Positions 52,774 to 62,791 of a stretch of 64,000 nucleotides of DNA are shown here, piece by piece. The stretch covers positions 215,457 to 279,456 of the forward strand of contig CAVRCJ010000014.1 of assembly GCA_963719515.1 (NCBI GenBank), in the 5' to 3' direction. Numbering within the stretch: position 1 is the stretch's first letter; every line of letters begins with the position of its first letter. Below the pieces are notes generated by a model. That model was not told the origin of the DNA and did no database searches. It was given only the letters and a program-made list of their open reading frames with translations. The DNA comes from an uncultured cyanobacterium (GTDB lineage: Bacteria > Cyanobacteriota > Cyanobacteriia > CAKZMO01). The position numbers and the translations under genes were made by a program.

Positions 52774-52969
52774 TGTTGAGCTTAGCGCCCGTGAAGTTGG
52801 CGCCGTTGATTTTAGCGCCGCTCAGGTCTGCGTTCGACAAGTCCGCGTAGGAAAAGTTAGCGTCGACGAGTACAGCCTTGCGGAAGTTAGTTTCAGTCAA
52901 ATCTGCGCCGCTGAAATTTTCACCTCTGAGGTCAGCGCCAGCAAAATGTAACATGGTGAGAGCCATAGT

Positions 52970-53093
52970 CAATAGTCCGGACACTTTTCTGGACAAGCGC
53001 TGAAACCCTCGATTTCTCGTTGGCCAAGCTGCCGTGGAAGAGGCCTGAAACCCGCATTCCACCGTTAGCCATCAAAAACTGTCCGGAGTGTTG
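52970..53093. mobile_element. 124-bp MITE sharing TIRs with the adjacent IS
   Basis: Ends CAATAGTCCGGACA / CTGTCCGGAGTGTTG; 6-bp duplication CATAGT (52964-69, 53094-99). Confidence 0.92.
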
Positions 53094-53397
53094 CATAGTA
53101 TCAAAGCTAAGTAAGTTTTCAGGTGAGTTGCACAGTCGGAAGATGCTGAGGCTTTACTTTCTTGTTTGCAGATTATGCAAAATGCTCTAAACCCGCCGTT
53201 ATTTATGAGCTTGTTCAAGAGTGACTGTGCTTGAAGCTACCTTATGTGAGTGAGCAGGTATATCTATTAGGCTATCTCTCTTAATGTAAAGCAATGTAAA
53301 GTCTCTAATAAGTAAATACCTTTATCGATGAATGCATTGCAACGATTGCGGCTGGCAGGTGATTGGACAGCGCCAAGTGGGAACTGATTTTCAGGGA

Positions 53398-54660
53398 CTA
53401 GCACGGCGTTGGCTCCATTACGGTGAGGAGATGGGCGGCAATTCGTTCGGCCGCCCCTGGCGGTCCCAATCGCCGTCTACCGCTGCGGGCGATCGCCTGC
53501 CGACGGGGCATATCCGCCCACAGCTGTGACAGCGCCGCGCCCACTTCACTCGGAGAGGTCACTAGCTGAACTGACGGCCCCAGCAGTCTGGTTTGGGCTT
53601 CGGCAAAGGCTGGGGTAAACTGCGGGCCTGTTCCCGGTAGCGTGATCACAGGCTTTCCCAACCCCACAAACTGCTCGGTTGCCGTCCCGGCCATGGCGAT
53701 CGCTGCCTCAGCCTCTTGAAGACAATCGTGGAAGCGACTGCCGATCTCCAAGACAGCCTCGCCATGGAGGTAGGTTTGGCCCGCCGTAGGACCGTCTGCC
53801 GCGCGCCAGCCCTGCCGCTGAGCCTGCCGACAAAATGCCGCTAGCTCCAGGTGAGGGGCGATCGCCGCTCTAAATCGAACGTGGCTCCAGACCTGGCGCA
53901 CGGCGTCCGCTGCAGCCAGCATCAGCTCCCAGTTTCGCTCCGCTTCAGGGCTGCGAGAGCCGGGAAGCAGCAGAATGGCTGCGGGCTGCGGAGCCTTGGG
54001 GCGATCGCGCTGAGCAGGGCGGGGGCGATCGCCCCCATCGTCAGGATCTAGCCCGTCCATCATCGGATTGCCTAGATCTACCGCTGGAATCGGCCACTGC
54101 CGCAGCGTCTCAGTCGTCAGGCTGTCGCGGGGAAACACCGCCCGACAGCGAGAGCGGCTCATGAGCCAGCGTTCCCACGGCAGATAGTCCGAGCCGGACC
54201 ACCCCTCAAACTGCTCGAACCACGAGCGGCGGGTCAAGGGCCCCAACTCGTCCCGCAGGTAGTACTCAGACTTGGCGGTGCCCACAAAGGCATAGGGCGC
54301 GCCGCTGGCCCAGGCAAACAGCAGCGGCACAATATCCCCCACCGCCAGAATGCAGCCCCCGGCCCGCCCCCATTGGCGGGCAACCTGCAGCTGCGATCGC
54401 GTCAGCGAGAGCAAGCCGCCCTGGACGTCTCTCCAGAGCTGCGCCCCATCCATGTAGACAAAGCCCCCAGATGGCATCACTTGAGTGGGGCCGGCCAGGG
54501 GAATATTGGCGCTGCGGTAGGCATGGCCCTCGCCCACAATGGGCAGCGCCATCAGCTCTAGCGGCTGACTCGAATAGCGAGCTTTGTGCTGCAGCGCCTC
54601 CAGCACCCGGAGGGCGATCGCGTCTTCCCCATGGCCATTACTGAGGCACAGTAGTTTCAC
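53398..54660 (-). CDS. Lipid-A-disaccharide synthase-related protein
   Basis: LCLSNGHGED, LP.VGEG.AY, MPSGGF, AVGDIVP, LLPGSR.PEA, AMAGTATEQ..GLGKP. Confidence 0.85.
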   Translation of the reverse strand: MKLLCLSNGHGEDAIALRVLEALQHKARYSSQPLELMALPIVGEGHAYRSANIPLAGPTQVMPSGGFVYMDGAQLWRDVQGGLLSLTRSQLQVARQWGRAGGCILAVGDIVPLLFAWASGAPYAFVGTAKSEYYLRDELGPLTRRSWFEQFEGWSGSDYLPWERWLMSRSRCRAVFPRDSLTTETLRQWPIPAVDLGNPMMDGLDPDDGGDRPRPAQRDRPKAPQPAAILLLPGSRSPEAERNWELMLAAADAVRQVWSHVRFRAAIAPHLELAAFCRQAQRQGWRAADGPTAGQTYLHGEAVLEIGSRFHDCLQEAEAAIAMAGTATEQFVGLGKPVITLPGTGPQFTPAFAEAQTRLLGPSVQLVTSPSEVGAALSQLWADMPRRQAIARSGRRRLGPPGAAERIAAHLLTVMEPTPC

Positions 54661-56785
54661 TGGGCGGCCCCTCTGAACTGTCGTCTGAGTCTACCTCCAA
54701 ATCGGGGCTTTCCTCTGGCTCTTCAGCCTCTTCCTCTACTTCAGGTTCCGCAGCGGGCTCCACTTCGGATTCCGCTTCAGAGTCTATCTCGGGGTCTATC
54801 GGCTCGCCGTTCTCATCTAGCTCCAGCAGCACTCCGGCCTGGATGAGAATGCGCCGCACTCGGTCTTGAATGCGCTGATGCTCCTCCACCCCCTCATAGG
54901 CGTAGCGATTGTAGCCGTTTTCCTCAATCAGGCTGTTGAGGCGGCGGATGCGCTCGGGCGCGTCGGGGTGGCTAGAGAGCCAGTCAAATCGCCCCTGAGG
55001 AGCTTCTTCGTTGAGGGTTTCCATAAGCCGCGCCATCCCGTCAGCTGCGTAGGGGGACGCCGCCAAAATACGGGTGCCGAGGCGGTCGGCCTGACGCTCC
55101 ATATCGCGGCTATAGCTCAGCACCGCCAGGTTGGTAGCGATGCCCCCATAGGGCACCACCCGCATGACGTTGGCCATGAGGTTTCCCCCGGTCATGAGCT
55201 GAAACCCGTGGGAGAGTAGGGCGTGGGATATTTCGTGGGCCAGAAGCCCCGCGAGCTCCGCTGTTGTCTCGGTTTTGAGGATTGCTCCGGCGTTGACGAA
55301 AACTTTGCCGCCGGGCAGGGCGAATGCGTTGAGCTCGTTTTCGGCCACGACGTAAAACTCGTACTCAAATTCGTCACGCCCGCCCAGCTGAGCGAGTTCT
55401 TGGCCGAGATCATCAACGTAGGTCACCACCTGCTCGTCTGTAATCAGCTCTAGCTCCGAGGCCGCCCGCTGCGCGGTGCGCTCTCCCACCGCTGATTCTC
55501 CCCGCATCAGCAGAATGCTGGTTTGCAGGGCCGAGAGGGGGCCAAAAATATTGCCCGTGAGCGCAAACCCGACGCCGCCGGCCAAGACGTTACCGATAGC
55601 GTTGCGGGTGATGCGCGATCGCATCCGGCGGCGAAAGCGATCTTGGTACTCGTCAGCAGAGAGGAGGAGGGGTTCCGCCGCTGGGTCGTCCGGGTTTATT
55701 AGGGCAAACTGCCTGGCGGCGATCGCCGCCTGCAGCCACTCTTCCTGTGCAACTAGGGCATCAATACGGGCCTGGGTGAGCGCCAAATCGTTGGGATAGA
55801 GGGTTGCGGCCCGCTCCAGCACCGCGAGGGCCGCTTCTGGCTGCTCCTGCGCTTCTAGGCGCTCGGCGTAGCTCAGGTGACCCGGGACGAACTCCGGGTT
55901 CTCCTCGGTCAGCAGCTGTAGCGGCACATCAATGCGCGTGTCGAGCCCAGACTCTAGTCCGGCCTGATATTCCCGCCAGTAGACCTGGCCCGCAGGAGAA
56001 AGCTTCGCTGGGTCAGAAATAGGCTCAATGGGCTCAAGACTATTCCCCTCGAAGGTTCCCTTGGCGAGCCGGTAGGTTTCCTCTGCGTCGGTGTAGCGGC
56101 CCGTTTCGAACAGGCGATCGCCCTCGGAAAATAGCGACAGACGGCGCTGCCGAGCCGCCTCTGCGGCAGCTTCAGGGTCTTCTGCGGTGTCGGCGTCGGC
56201 GTCGGCGCTGACCTCTGCGCTGGCCTCTTCGTCCTGTTCTTCTGCGGCAGGTTCCTCTGAAGTGGCCTCTTCGTCTTGTTCTGTGGCGTCGTCTGGGACG
56301 GCCTCTACAGCCGTTCCGTCTGAGCTATCAAGAGGAGACTCCGGTAAATCAGGGGCGGCGTCCGGCGACTCTTCTGCAGCGCCTGCGCCAGAGCGGTCTT
56401 GGGCCAAGATCGCTTCTTCACCGTCGGCCTCAAAACCCGCCCATAGAGTTAAGTCAGACAGGCTGGCGCGAGGCAGTGTGGAGTAGGACGGTGTTGGGAA
56501 AGGCAGAGCGACAGTAGACGGAAGACTTTGGGCGTCAAATTCGGGCAGACTGATAGCCGCCGTTACGGAAACGGTCGCCGCTGTCTCTACCGGCTCGATG
56601 GCTGGGGGGTCAGATTCGGCAAGCGGGGCAGGGACCGCCGCGAGACTGGCCTCCGAATCGTTGAGCGATTGCTCCTCTGATCGCTCCTCCGAAGGAGATT
56701 CAGCGATCGCCGGCGGAGACATCACCGTCAAGAGACCAAAGGCGATCGCCCCGCCGAGAAAAGCCGTAGACCGATGGGTTGCCAT
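54638..56785 (-). CDS. M48 family metallopeptidase with TPR-like region and acidic linkers
   Basis: NAFALPGG, LAHEISH, YSRDMERQAD, SSHP...ERI. Confidence 0.9.
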   Translation of the reverse strand: MATHRSTAFLGGAIAFGLLTVMSPPAIAESPSEERSEEQSLNDSEASLAAVPAPLAESDPPAIEPVETAATVSVTAAISLPEFDAQSLPSTVALPFPTPSYSTLPRASLSDLTLWAGFEADGEEAILAQDRSGAGAAEESPDAAPDLPESPLDSSDGTAVEAVPDDATEQDEEATSEEPAAEEQDEEASAEVSADADADTAEDPEAAAEAARQRRLSLFSEGDRLFETGRYTDAEETYRLAKGTFEGNSLEPIEPISDPAKLSPAGQVYWREYQAGLESGLDTRIDVPLQLLTEENPEFVPGHLSYAERLEAQEQPEAALAVLERAATLYPNDLALTQARIDALVAQEEWLQAAIAARQFALINPDDPAAEPLLLSADEYQDRFRRRMRSRITRNAIGNVLAGGVGFALTGNIFGPLSALQTSILLMRGESAVGERTAQRAASELELITDEQVVTYVDDLGQELAQLGGRDEFEYEFYVVAENELNAFALPGGKVFVNAGAILKTETTAELAGLLAHEISHALLSHGFQLMTGGNLMANVMRVVPYGGIATNLAVLSYSRDMERQADRLGTRILAASPYAADGMARLMETLNEEAPQGRFDWLSSHPDAPERIRRLNSLIEENGYNRYAYEGVEEHQRIQDRVRRILIQAGVLLELDENGEPIDPEIDSEAESEVEPAAEPEVEEEAEEPEESPDLEVDSDDSSEGPPSETTVPQ

Positions 56786-56897
56786 GACTTTGCCCTTTCC
56801 CAGATGTTTAGAAGACCTCATTTCAGTTTAGCTTGGCTTTAGACCTGGATATGGCCGCTGTTAGCGGCGCTAGAAGCTCAGCCGCTAAGGTAGAAGC

Positions 56898-58733
56898 ATG
56901 AATAGTCTTCTCAATCAGATTCGTCTTCCCTGGCAACGGCTCCGCCAGTCTACCTCCATCTTTCGCTACTGCGGACGGGCGATTGTCCTGGTTTGGCAGA
57001 CCCACCGCGCCTATACTCTATTTTTCGCCCTGCTTACCCTGGTGGCGGGCCTCCTCCCGGCTGCAGTGGCCTACGTGGGCAAGCTGATTGTTGATGCGGT
57101 CGTGCAGGCGGCCCAATCAGGGCTAGAGACGGACCGCTGGCTGGCCCTCCGCTATCTGGGGGTGGAGGCGCTCTTAGTGGCGGTACTCAGCGGCTGTCAA
57201 CAGGGCATTGCCCTATGCCGCAACCTGCTGAGGGTGCTGCTAGCCCAGCGGGTGAACGAGATGATTTTGGAGAAGGCGCTCACCCTGAGCCTGATGCAGT
57301 TTGAGGACTCGGAGTTCTACGACAAGATGTCCCGCGCCCGCCGGGAGGCCTCTAGCCGCCCGCTGAGTATGGTGAGCCGCATCTTTGGGCTTGTGCGCGA
57401 CGTCATCTCGCTGATTACCTTCTCGGGGCTGCTGCTCAAATTTTCGGTGTGGGCGGTGCTGGTGCTGATGCTGGCTTCGGTGCCCGCCTTTGTGGCCGAG
57501 ACCCAGTTTGCCGAGCAGGCCTTTCGGCTGTTTCGCTGGCGCGCCCCTGAGACCCGCGAGCAGACTTACCTAGAGGTGCTGGTTGCCCGAGAAGACTATG
57601 CCAAAGAGGTCAAGCTCTATCAGCTGGGCGATCTGTTTTTAGAGCGCTACCGCAATATCTTTCAGCGACTGTACGCCGAGGACCGAGATTTGACGGTGAG
57701 ACGCAGCGGCTGGAGCTACGGCTTAGGTCTGCTGAGCAGTTTGGCTTTTTACGGGGCCTACACCTGGATTGTGCTGGAGGCGATCGCCAGCCGCATCTCT
57801 CTGGGAGACCTGACCATGTATCTGGTGGTGTTTCGCCAAGGCCAGGCCACCTTTGCCAATATTCTCACCTCGGTGGGCGGCATGTATGAAGACAGCCTCT
57901 ATCTCTCTACCCTCTACAGCTTTTTAGAAGAAGAGACCCCGCAACCCACCGGCTACGCCACGCGGGGCACCGACCCCGGCGACGGTATTCGCTTCGAGGG
58001 CGTCAGTTTTGCCTACCCCGACAGCGATACCCCGGCCCTGCAGGACATCTCTCTGCACCTGAAGCCGGGAGACAAGCTGGCGATCGTTGGGGAAAACGGC
58101 TCGGGGAAGACGACGCTGATCAAGCTGCTCACAAGGCTGTATATTCCCACGGCGGGGCATATCTTGCTGGACGGTTTGGACCTAAACAAGTGGGACCGGG
58201 AGGTGCTGCAGCGGCGCATCGGCGTCATCTTTCAAGACTTTGTCCGCTACCAGTTCACCGTGGGGGAGAACATCGGCGTAGGGAATGTAGCGGCGATAGG
58301 GGACCGCGATCGCTGGAAAGAGGCGGCGGAGAAAGGCATCGCCCGCCCCTTTATCGAGGCGCTGCCGGAGAGCTTCGACACCCGGCTTGGAAAGTGGTTT
58401 CGCAATGGGCGGGAGCTGTCGGGCGGCCAGTGGCAAAAGATCGCCCTGTCGCGGGCTTTTATGCGATCGCAGGCGGACATTTTGGTGCTCGACGAGCCGA
58501 CCTCAGCCATGGATGCAGCGGCAGAAGTCGAGGTGTTTAACCACGTCAGAGAGGCCACTCAAGATCAGACGGTGATTCTAATTTCCCACCGCTTTTCTAC
58601 GGTGCGGATGGCAGATCGGATCATCGTTTTATCTCAAGGACAGCTAAAGGAGCAGGGCAGCCATGAGGAGCTCGTGGCGCAAGAGGGTCGGTATGCGCAC
58701 CTGTTTGCCCTCCAGGCTGCGGGGTATCAGTAG
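56898..58733 (+). CDS. ABC transporter permease/ATP-binding protein
   Basis: TM domain, GENGSGKT, LSGGQWQK, DEPTS. Confidence 0.92.
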   Translation: MNSLLNQIRLPWQRLRQSTSIFRYCGRAIVLVWQTHRAYTLFFALLTLVAGLLPAAVAYVGKLIVDAVVQAAQSGLETDRWLALRYLGVEALLVAVLSGCQQGIALCRNLLRVLLAQRVNEMILEKALTLSLMQFEDSEFYDKMSRARREASSRPLSMVSRIFGLVRDVISLITFSGLLLKFSVWAVLVLMLASVPAFVAETQFAEQAFRLFRWRAPETREQTYLEVLVAREDYAKEVKLYQLGDLFLERYRNIFQRLYAEDRDLTVRRSGWSYGLGLLSSLAFYGAYTWIVLEAIASRISLGDLTMYLVVFRQGQATFANILTSVGGMYEDSLYLSTLYSFLEEETPQPTGYATRGTDPGDGIRFEGVSFAYPDSDTPALQDISLHLKPGDKLAIVGENGSGKTTLIKLLTRLYIPTAGHILLDGLDLNKWDREVLQRRIGVIFQDFVRYQFTVGENIGVGNVAAIGDRDRWKEAAEKGIARPFIEALPESFDTRLGKWFRNGRELSGGQWQKIALSRAFMRSQADILVLDEPTSAMDAAAEVEVFNHVREATQDQTVILISHRFSTVRMADRIIVLSQGQLKEQGSHEELVAQEGRYAHLFALQAAGYQ

Positions 58734-58810
58734 GGCGATCGCCTTTATAGAGGGTCAGTCTTTTGGCCTATACAAATCTGAACAAAAGCTTAAACCTGCG
58801 ACACAAGCGC

Positions 58811-58839
58811 TTTACTTTTGTTTACAAAGCCTGTAATGT
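58811..58839 (+). promoter_or_regulatory. psbA promoter with overlapping HLR1 (RpaB-type) direct repeat
   Basis: TTTACT-N17-TAATGT; TTTACTTT-TG-TTTACAAA matches the HLR1 repeat with one mismatch. Confidence 0.6.
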
Positions 58840-58914
58840 TAAATCAGTGGGAAGCAACCAAACGGTTACAGACCTCCCACCTAATACATCCAATCAATAA
58901 CACCAACCGCAATT

Positions 58915-59976
58915 ATGACAACTACCCTACAGCAGCGCTCTAGCGCTAACGTATGGCAGCAGTTCTGCGAGTGGGTCACCAGCACCAACAACCGCCTCTA
59001 CGTAGGCTGGTTCGGCGTCCTGATGATTCCGACTCTCTTAGCTGCCACCACCTGCTTCCTCATCGCCTTCGTCGCGGCTCCTCCTGTGGACATCGACGGC
59101 ATCCGCGAGCCCGTTGCAGGTTCACTGATGTACGGCAACAACATCATCTCTGGTGCAATTGTTCCGTCATCCAACGCAATTGGTCTACACTTCTACCCCA
59201 TCTGGGAAGCAGCGTCTCTTGACGAGTGGCTGTACAACGGCGGACCTTACCAGCTGGTGGTATTCCACTTCCTGATTGGCGTCTTCTGCTACATGGGCCG
59301 CGAGTGGGAACTATCCTACCGTCTGGGCATGCGCCCCTGGATTTGCGTTGCCTACTCTGCACCTGTTGCAGCAGCATCCGCAGTCTTCCTCATCTACCCC
59401 ATCGGACAGGGTTCATTCTCTGACGGCATGCCATTGGGCATCTCGGGTACGTTCAACTTCATGTTTGTGTTCCAGGCAGAGCACAACATCCTGATGCACC
59501 CCTTCCACATGCTGGGTGTGGCAGGCGTCTTCGGCGGCGCGCTGTTCAGCGCCATGCACGGTTCACTAGTGACCTCTTCATTGGTGCGTGAGACGACTGA
59601 GAGCGAGAGCCAGAACTACGGCTACAAGTTCGGGCAAGAAGAAGAGACCTACAACATCGTTGCAGCGCACGGCTACTTCGGCCGCCTCATCTTCCAATAC
59701 GCATCGTTCAACAACTCCCGCGCACTGCACTTCTTCTTGGGTGCATGGCCTGTAGTAGGCATCTGGTTCACGGCGCTGGGCATCAGCACGATGGCGTTCA
59801 ACCTGAACGGGTTCAACTTCAACCAGTCTGTGCTAGACAGCCAGGGCCGGGTCATCAACACCTGGGCGGACATCATCAACCGCGCCAACCTGGGTATGGA
59901 AGTGATGCACGAGCGCAACGCTCACAACTTCCCGCTTGACCTTGCTGCTGCTGAGGCACCTGCCATCAACGGCTAG
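58915..59976 (+). CDS. psbA: Photosystem II D1 protein, 353 aa, Glu130 form
   Basis: Full D1 sequence: [31 protein letters not shown]. Confidence 0.99.
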   Translation: MTTTLQQRSSANVWQQFCEWVTSTNNRLYVGWFGVLMIPTLLAATTCFLIAFVAAPPVDIDGIREPVAGSLMYGNNIISGAIVPSSNAIGLHFYPIWEAASLDEWLYNGGPYQLVVFHFLIGVFCYMGREWELSYRLGMRPWICVAYSAPVAAASAVFLIYPIGQGSFSDGMPLGISGTFNFMFVFQAEHNILMHPFHMLGVAGVFGGALFSAMHGSLVTSSLVRETTESESQNYGYKFGQEEETYNIVAAHGYFGRLIFQYASFNNSRALHFFLGAWPVVGIWFTALGISTMAFNLNGFNFNQSVLDSQGRVINTWADIINRANLGMEVMHERNAHNFPLDLAAAEAPAING

Positions 59977-60014
59977 GACCCCTCGACTCCAGCTAATCGT
60001 AAGCTAGCTTGAAT

Positions 60015-60049
60015 AAAAGCTTCCCTCCGACTTGGAGGGGAGCTTTTTT
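60015..60049 (+). terminator. psbA intrinsic terminator
   Basis: AAAAGCTTCCCTCC-GACTT-GGAGGGGAGCTTTTTT. Confidence 0.85.
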
Positions 60050-60384
60050 GGTGTATGTTGCCGTCTGGTTTTCCGGCATGTGAGGGCAATCGCTATGGGG
60101 GGAGACATGGTATTTGGGGGCGCTGCCCCCAAGCCCCCTGGCTGGGGGAGGCATTCCGTCCCCCAGCAGCCCCCTGCATAAGGCGTTGCTTAGGGGGGCT
60201 TGCGAGTTTTGGCGCAGCTCGGCTAAGAACGAGGGCTAGAGCGATCGCATTAGCGAAGGCTTTACCTTATCGATTCCTTAATACCATGTGCGGATTTTGG
60301 TGGTCTTTAATGTAGCGATACTGCTCTGAGAATCGGACTGTCTACCCTTAAATACGATCACGCTACTTTGGGAGCAAGACCCTG

Positions 60385-60531
60385 TGCTTTTAGATGCGAT
60401 GCCGCTGCTCTTAGGTGCGATCGCTTTGCTCTTAGGTGTGATGGGGCGGTTCTAAAAGCAAGGCCTTATGCCCTCAGATGTGATGGCGCTGCTTCAAAAG
60501 TCGCACCTAGTGCGCTCAAACAATAGCCTCT
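60385..60531. repeat. Degenerate 21-bp tandem repeat, about 7 units
   Basis: TGCTTTTAGATGCGATGCCGC / TGCTCTTAGGTGCGATCGCTT / TGCTCTTAGGTGTGATGGGGC / ... / TGCCCTCAGATGTGATGGCGC. Confidence 0.6.
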
Positions 60532-60640
60532 TGAGCTAGGTTAGCGAAAAGCGCCTTTCTGTGTGGAAGGCGCTTTCCTATTGTTTAAGGCGCGCTTGCC
60601 CAGACTGATATGGCTTCAGCTCCTATAGTGAGGGCGATCG

Positions 60641-60988
60641 CTATTGCTGAGGCAGGCGGATGCGCTTGGTGAGAATGCGCATAACGTCGGTGGGGGTGAG
60701 ACCCTGGAGGATCCCGCTGTTGCCTGCTAGAGGAATAGCGGCGGACCATTCGCTGGGGTGGGCGTAGCCGAGCTTGTGCAGGGCGTCGCGGCAGTTGTTG
60801 ACGGCATACAGGGAGCCGATAGCGAGCAGCCGCAGGGTGTGGTAGCCGGTTTCGCTATGGTCGCCGATTTGGTAGTCGCCGGTTTGGGGGTTGATGCCGA
60901 GGTCGTAGCTATCCCAGCTATCCTGGGCGGGATTGGCCACGGTGAGGCTGTGGTCAGCGATGGGCTGGCCGGAGAGGTCGTATGTCAT
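60641..60988 (-). CDS. Small hypothetical protein (115 aa), homologous to 1558-1842
   Basis: AGGAG RBS; LRLLAIGSLYAVNNCRDALHKLGYAHPSEWS..IP...VMRILTKR. Confidence 0.75.
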   Translation of the reverse strand: MTYDLSGQPIADHSLTVANPAQDSWDSYDLGINPQTGDYQIGDHSETGYHTLRLLAIGSLYAVNNCRDALHKLGYAHPSEWSAAIPLAGNSGILQGLTPTDVMRILTKRIRLPQQ

Positions 60989-61158
60989 TTTGGGGTTGTC
61001 TCCTAGATTTGCTTTTGAAGTAGGAAAGACAACCCAAACGCTCAGCCACCCCGCAAATTAAGGCGAGGTGGCTAGTCTGGGATAAAATCCCATTAGCTCT
61101 CGCTGGTCTGCTCAGCGGGGGTTAGCCGTCTGGAAGTGGTAGGACACGACCAGGCGGC
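60989..61158. ncRNA. Five-hairpin structured leader with candidate + strand sRNA (about 61094-61165)
   Basis: Stems 60989-61005/61021-38, 61044-54/61063-73, 61078-92, 61094-105/61113-124, 61125-33/61150-58. Confidence 0.55.
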
Positions 61159-61290
61159 GCGGCTAAATATTTGGGTGTCGGAATCTGGACGCGGTGTGAT
61201 TTGCGTCCATGGCTTGGTATGGTAGCGGAGTTTTGGCTCTAGTGCAACCGTACGATGGAAAAATGTTTTTTGAGTAGACAGCCCATACGT

Positions 61291-61406
61291 CGTAGGTTGG
61301 GTTAGAGCGATCGCGAAACCCAATAAATTCAAGGCATTAGATAAGTTTTTAGGGATGTTTGATGACAATGTCAGTGTTGGGTTTCCCTACGTCAACCCAA
61401 CCTACG
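61291..61406. repeat. REP/REPIN-like inverted element
   Basis: CGTAGGTTGGGTT...AAACCCAA and TTGGGTTT...AACCCAACCTACG in inverted orientation around an AT-rich spacer; GTAG start. Confidence 0.7.
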
Positions 61407-61495
61407 GTGATTTGCGATCGCACTGCACTACCAAGGTAATCACGCCACGCAACTTGCCCTTAAGCGACAGATTTATTCGAATATTTAGCTGCCTA

Positions 61496-61909
61496 TTACT
61501 GAACTTGGACAATGTCAAAAGTCCCTTTATTGTCAATACGATAAAACAGAAAATCTGAGTCAAGCGTGAGAATTTTCTGAAAACCTGTCCTCTCAGCTAC
61601 CAGCACCAACGACGCATCAGCCAAATCCATTGGCCGATCCTGATATTGCTCCATCAGCTCCAACAAACGACCATGATCGCCCTCTTCAACTTCGTAAACC
61701 ACCAACAGCTTATCTAAAAGCAGTTGCCCTATCTGTTTTTGCATCGCCCAACCGCCTCGATGAAGAGCCAAATACATCGCTTCTGTCAGGCAAGACCAAG
61801 TCGTAAGAAGCGGCGAAGCAAGCTGAACAACGGCATCTCTATACGATGTATGCTTTGGCTGGGTGCGGTCGACTAGGCAAAGCAAGACTCCTGCATCACA
61901 AAGAATCAC
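61496..61909 (-). CDS. PIN-domain toxin (VapC family)
   Basis: ILCDAG, TW.CLTEAMYL, Y.DRPMDLADASLV..AE, TLDSDF. Confidence 0.9.
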   Translation of the reverse strand: MILCDAGVLLCLVDRTQPKHTSYRDAVVQLASPLLTTWSCLTEAMYLALHRGGWAMQKQIGQLLLDKLLVVYEVEEGDHGRLLELMEQYQDRPMDLADASLVLVAERTGFQKILTLDSDFLFYRIDNKGTFDIVQVQ

Positions 61910-62166
61910 AGGTCCAGGCCCTGCTGCCGATACTTGGATAACAGGTGTTGCTGATAATTACGAACTGAGCGATTTGGAGTGACCTCTAGGTGGTCAACAG
62001 ACTCAAACCAGCTTGTCCATTTTTTGGCAAGTTCGTCCTGGTGATCATCAGAGAAAGTGCTGTGCCGACATCGAGATAGCAAAAGATCAATAAAATCGCT
62101 GACCTTCTGAAGGAGCGAGTCGGGCAACTGCTGCAATTTGGAAATGGCGTTTTCGCGAATTGTCAT
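61906..62166 (-). CDS. Putative antitoxin (DUF2281-like)
   Basis: KLQQLPDSLLQKVSDFIDLL; 4-bp overlap with the PIN gene. Confidence 0.65.
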   Translation of the reverse strand: MTIRENAISKLQQLPDSLLQKVSDFIDLLLSRCRHSTFSDDHQDELAKKWTSWFESVDHLEVTPNRSVRNYQQHLLSKYRQQGLDL

Positions 62167-62791
62167 AAGAGTAAGTCCCTCCAACATTCATCTCTGCCGC
62201 GTGCCCCTTAGCTCTTGAGGCATTACCTATCACCTCTAACATACGACCTCCCAGAGCAGCCGCTCCCCATGTTGCCGTTTGCTAGCGGCCTCAAACTCAA
62301 CATCAGTACTGTATTCGGCCAACTATTCGAGCAAATGACCTACCGCACCAGCCTCTCCACCTCGACGCTTACCGCCGGAAAGCTCACCGGGCGAATCGCC
62401 CCATTGGCCGTGACCTGCCGCGACTTATACCCCTCCCCCACCGGATCGCGAAAGACAGTCAGCTCCCGCGTCCTTAAGTTAACCACCCAATACTCCGCGA
62501 TCGCTGCCTGAGCATAAACCTTCGTCTTGAGCTGCAGATCCTTCTCCAAGCTCGTATCAGAATACTCAATCACCCAGAAGATATCCGCCACCCCCGGATG
62601 GCGCTCCGTCCTGTAAACCTCGCCCAAAGGTTTTACAACCGCAATATCAGGCTCCAGCTCCGAGTCATTCGGCAGCGTAATGGGCTTCGCCTCCCGAATT
62701 TTCACCCGCCCGCCTAGAAGCGCCCGTAGATAATCCGCCCCATCGCCACTTAACCCAGCATGGGCAATACCCTCCGAAACCCTCTCAATTA

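Larger units (their letters stand above)
49823..52966 (-). pseudogene. Pentapeptide repeat gene split by two IS insertions, with a MITE at its start codon
   Basis: Joining 52966-52774, 51432-51300 and 49922-49823 gives one frame: MALTMLHFAGADLRG...AKLN-NTIFRNAYMEG...AVDFT-NAILDHVDINTAQLANASLANAILPDGSRYRL*. Confidence 0.88.
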
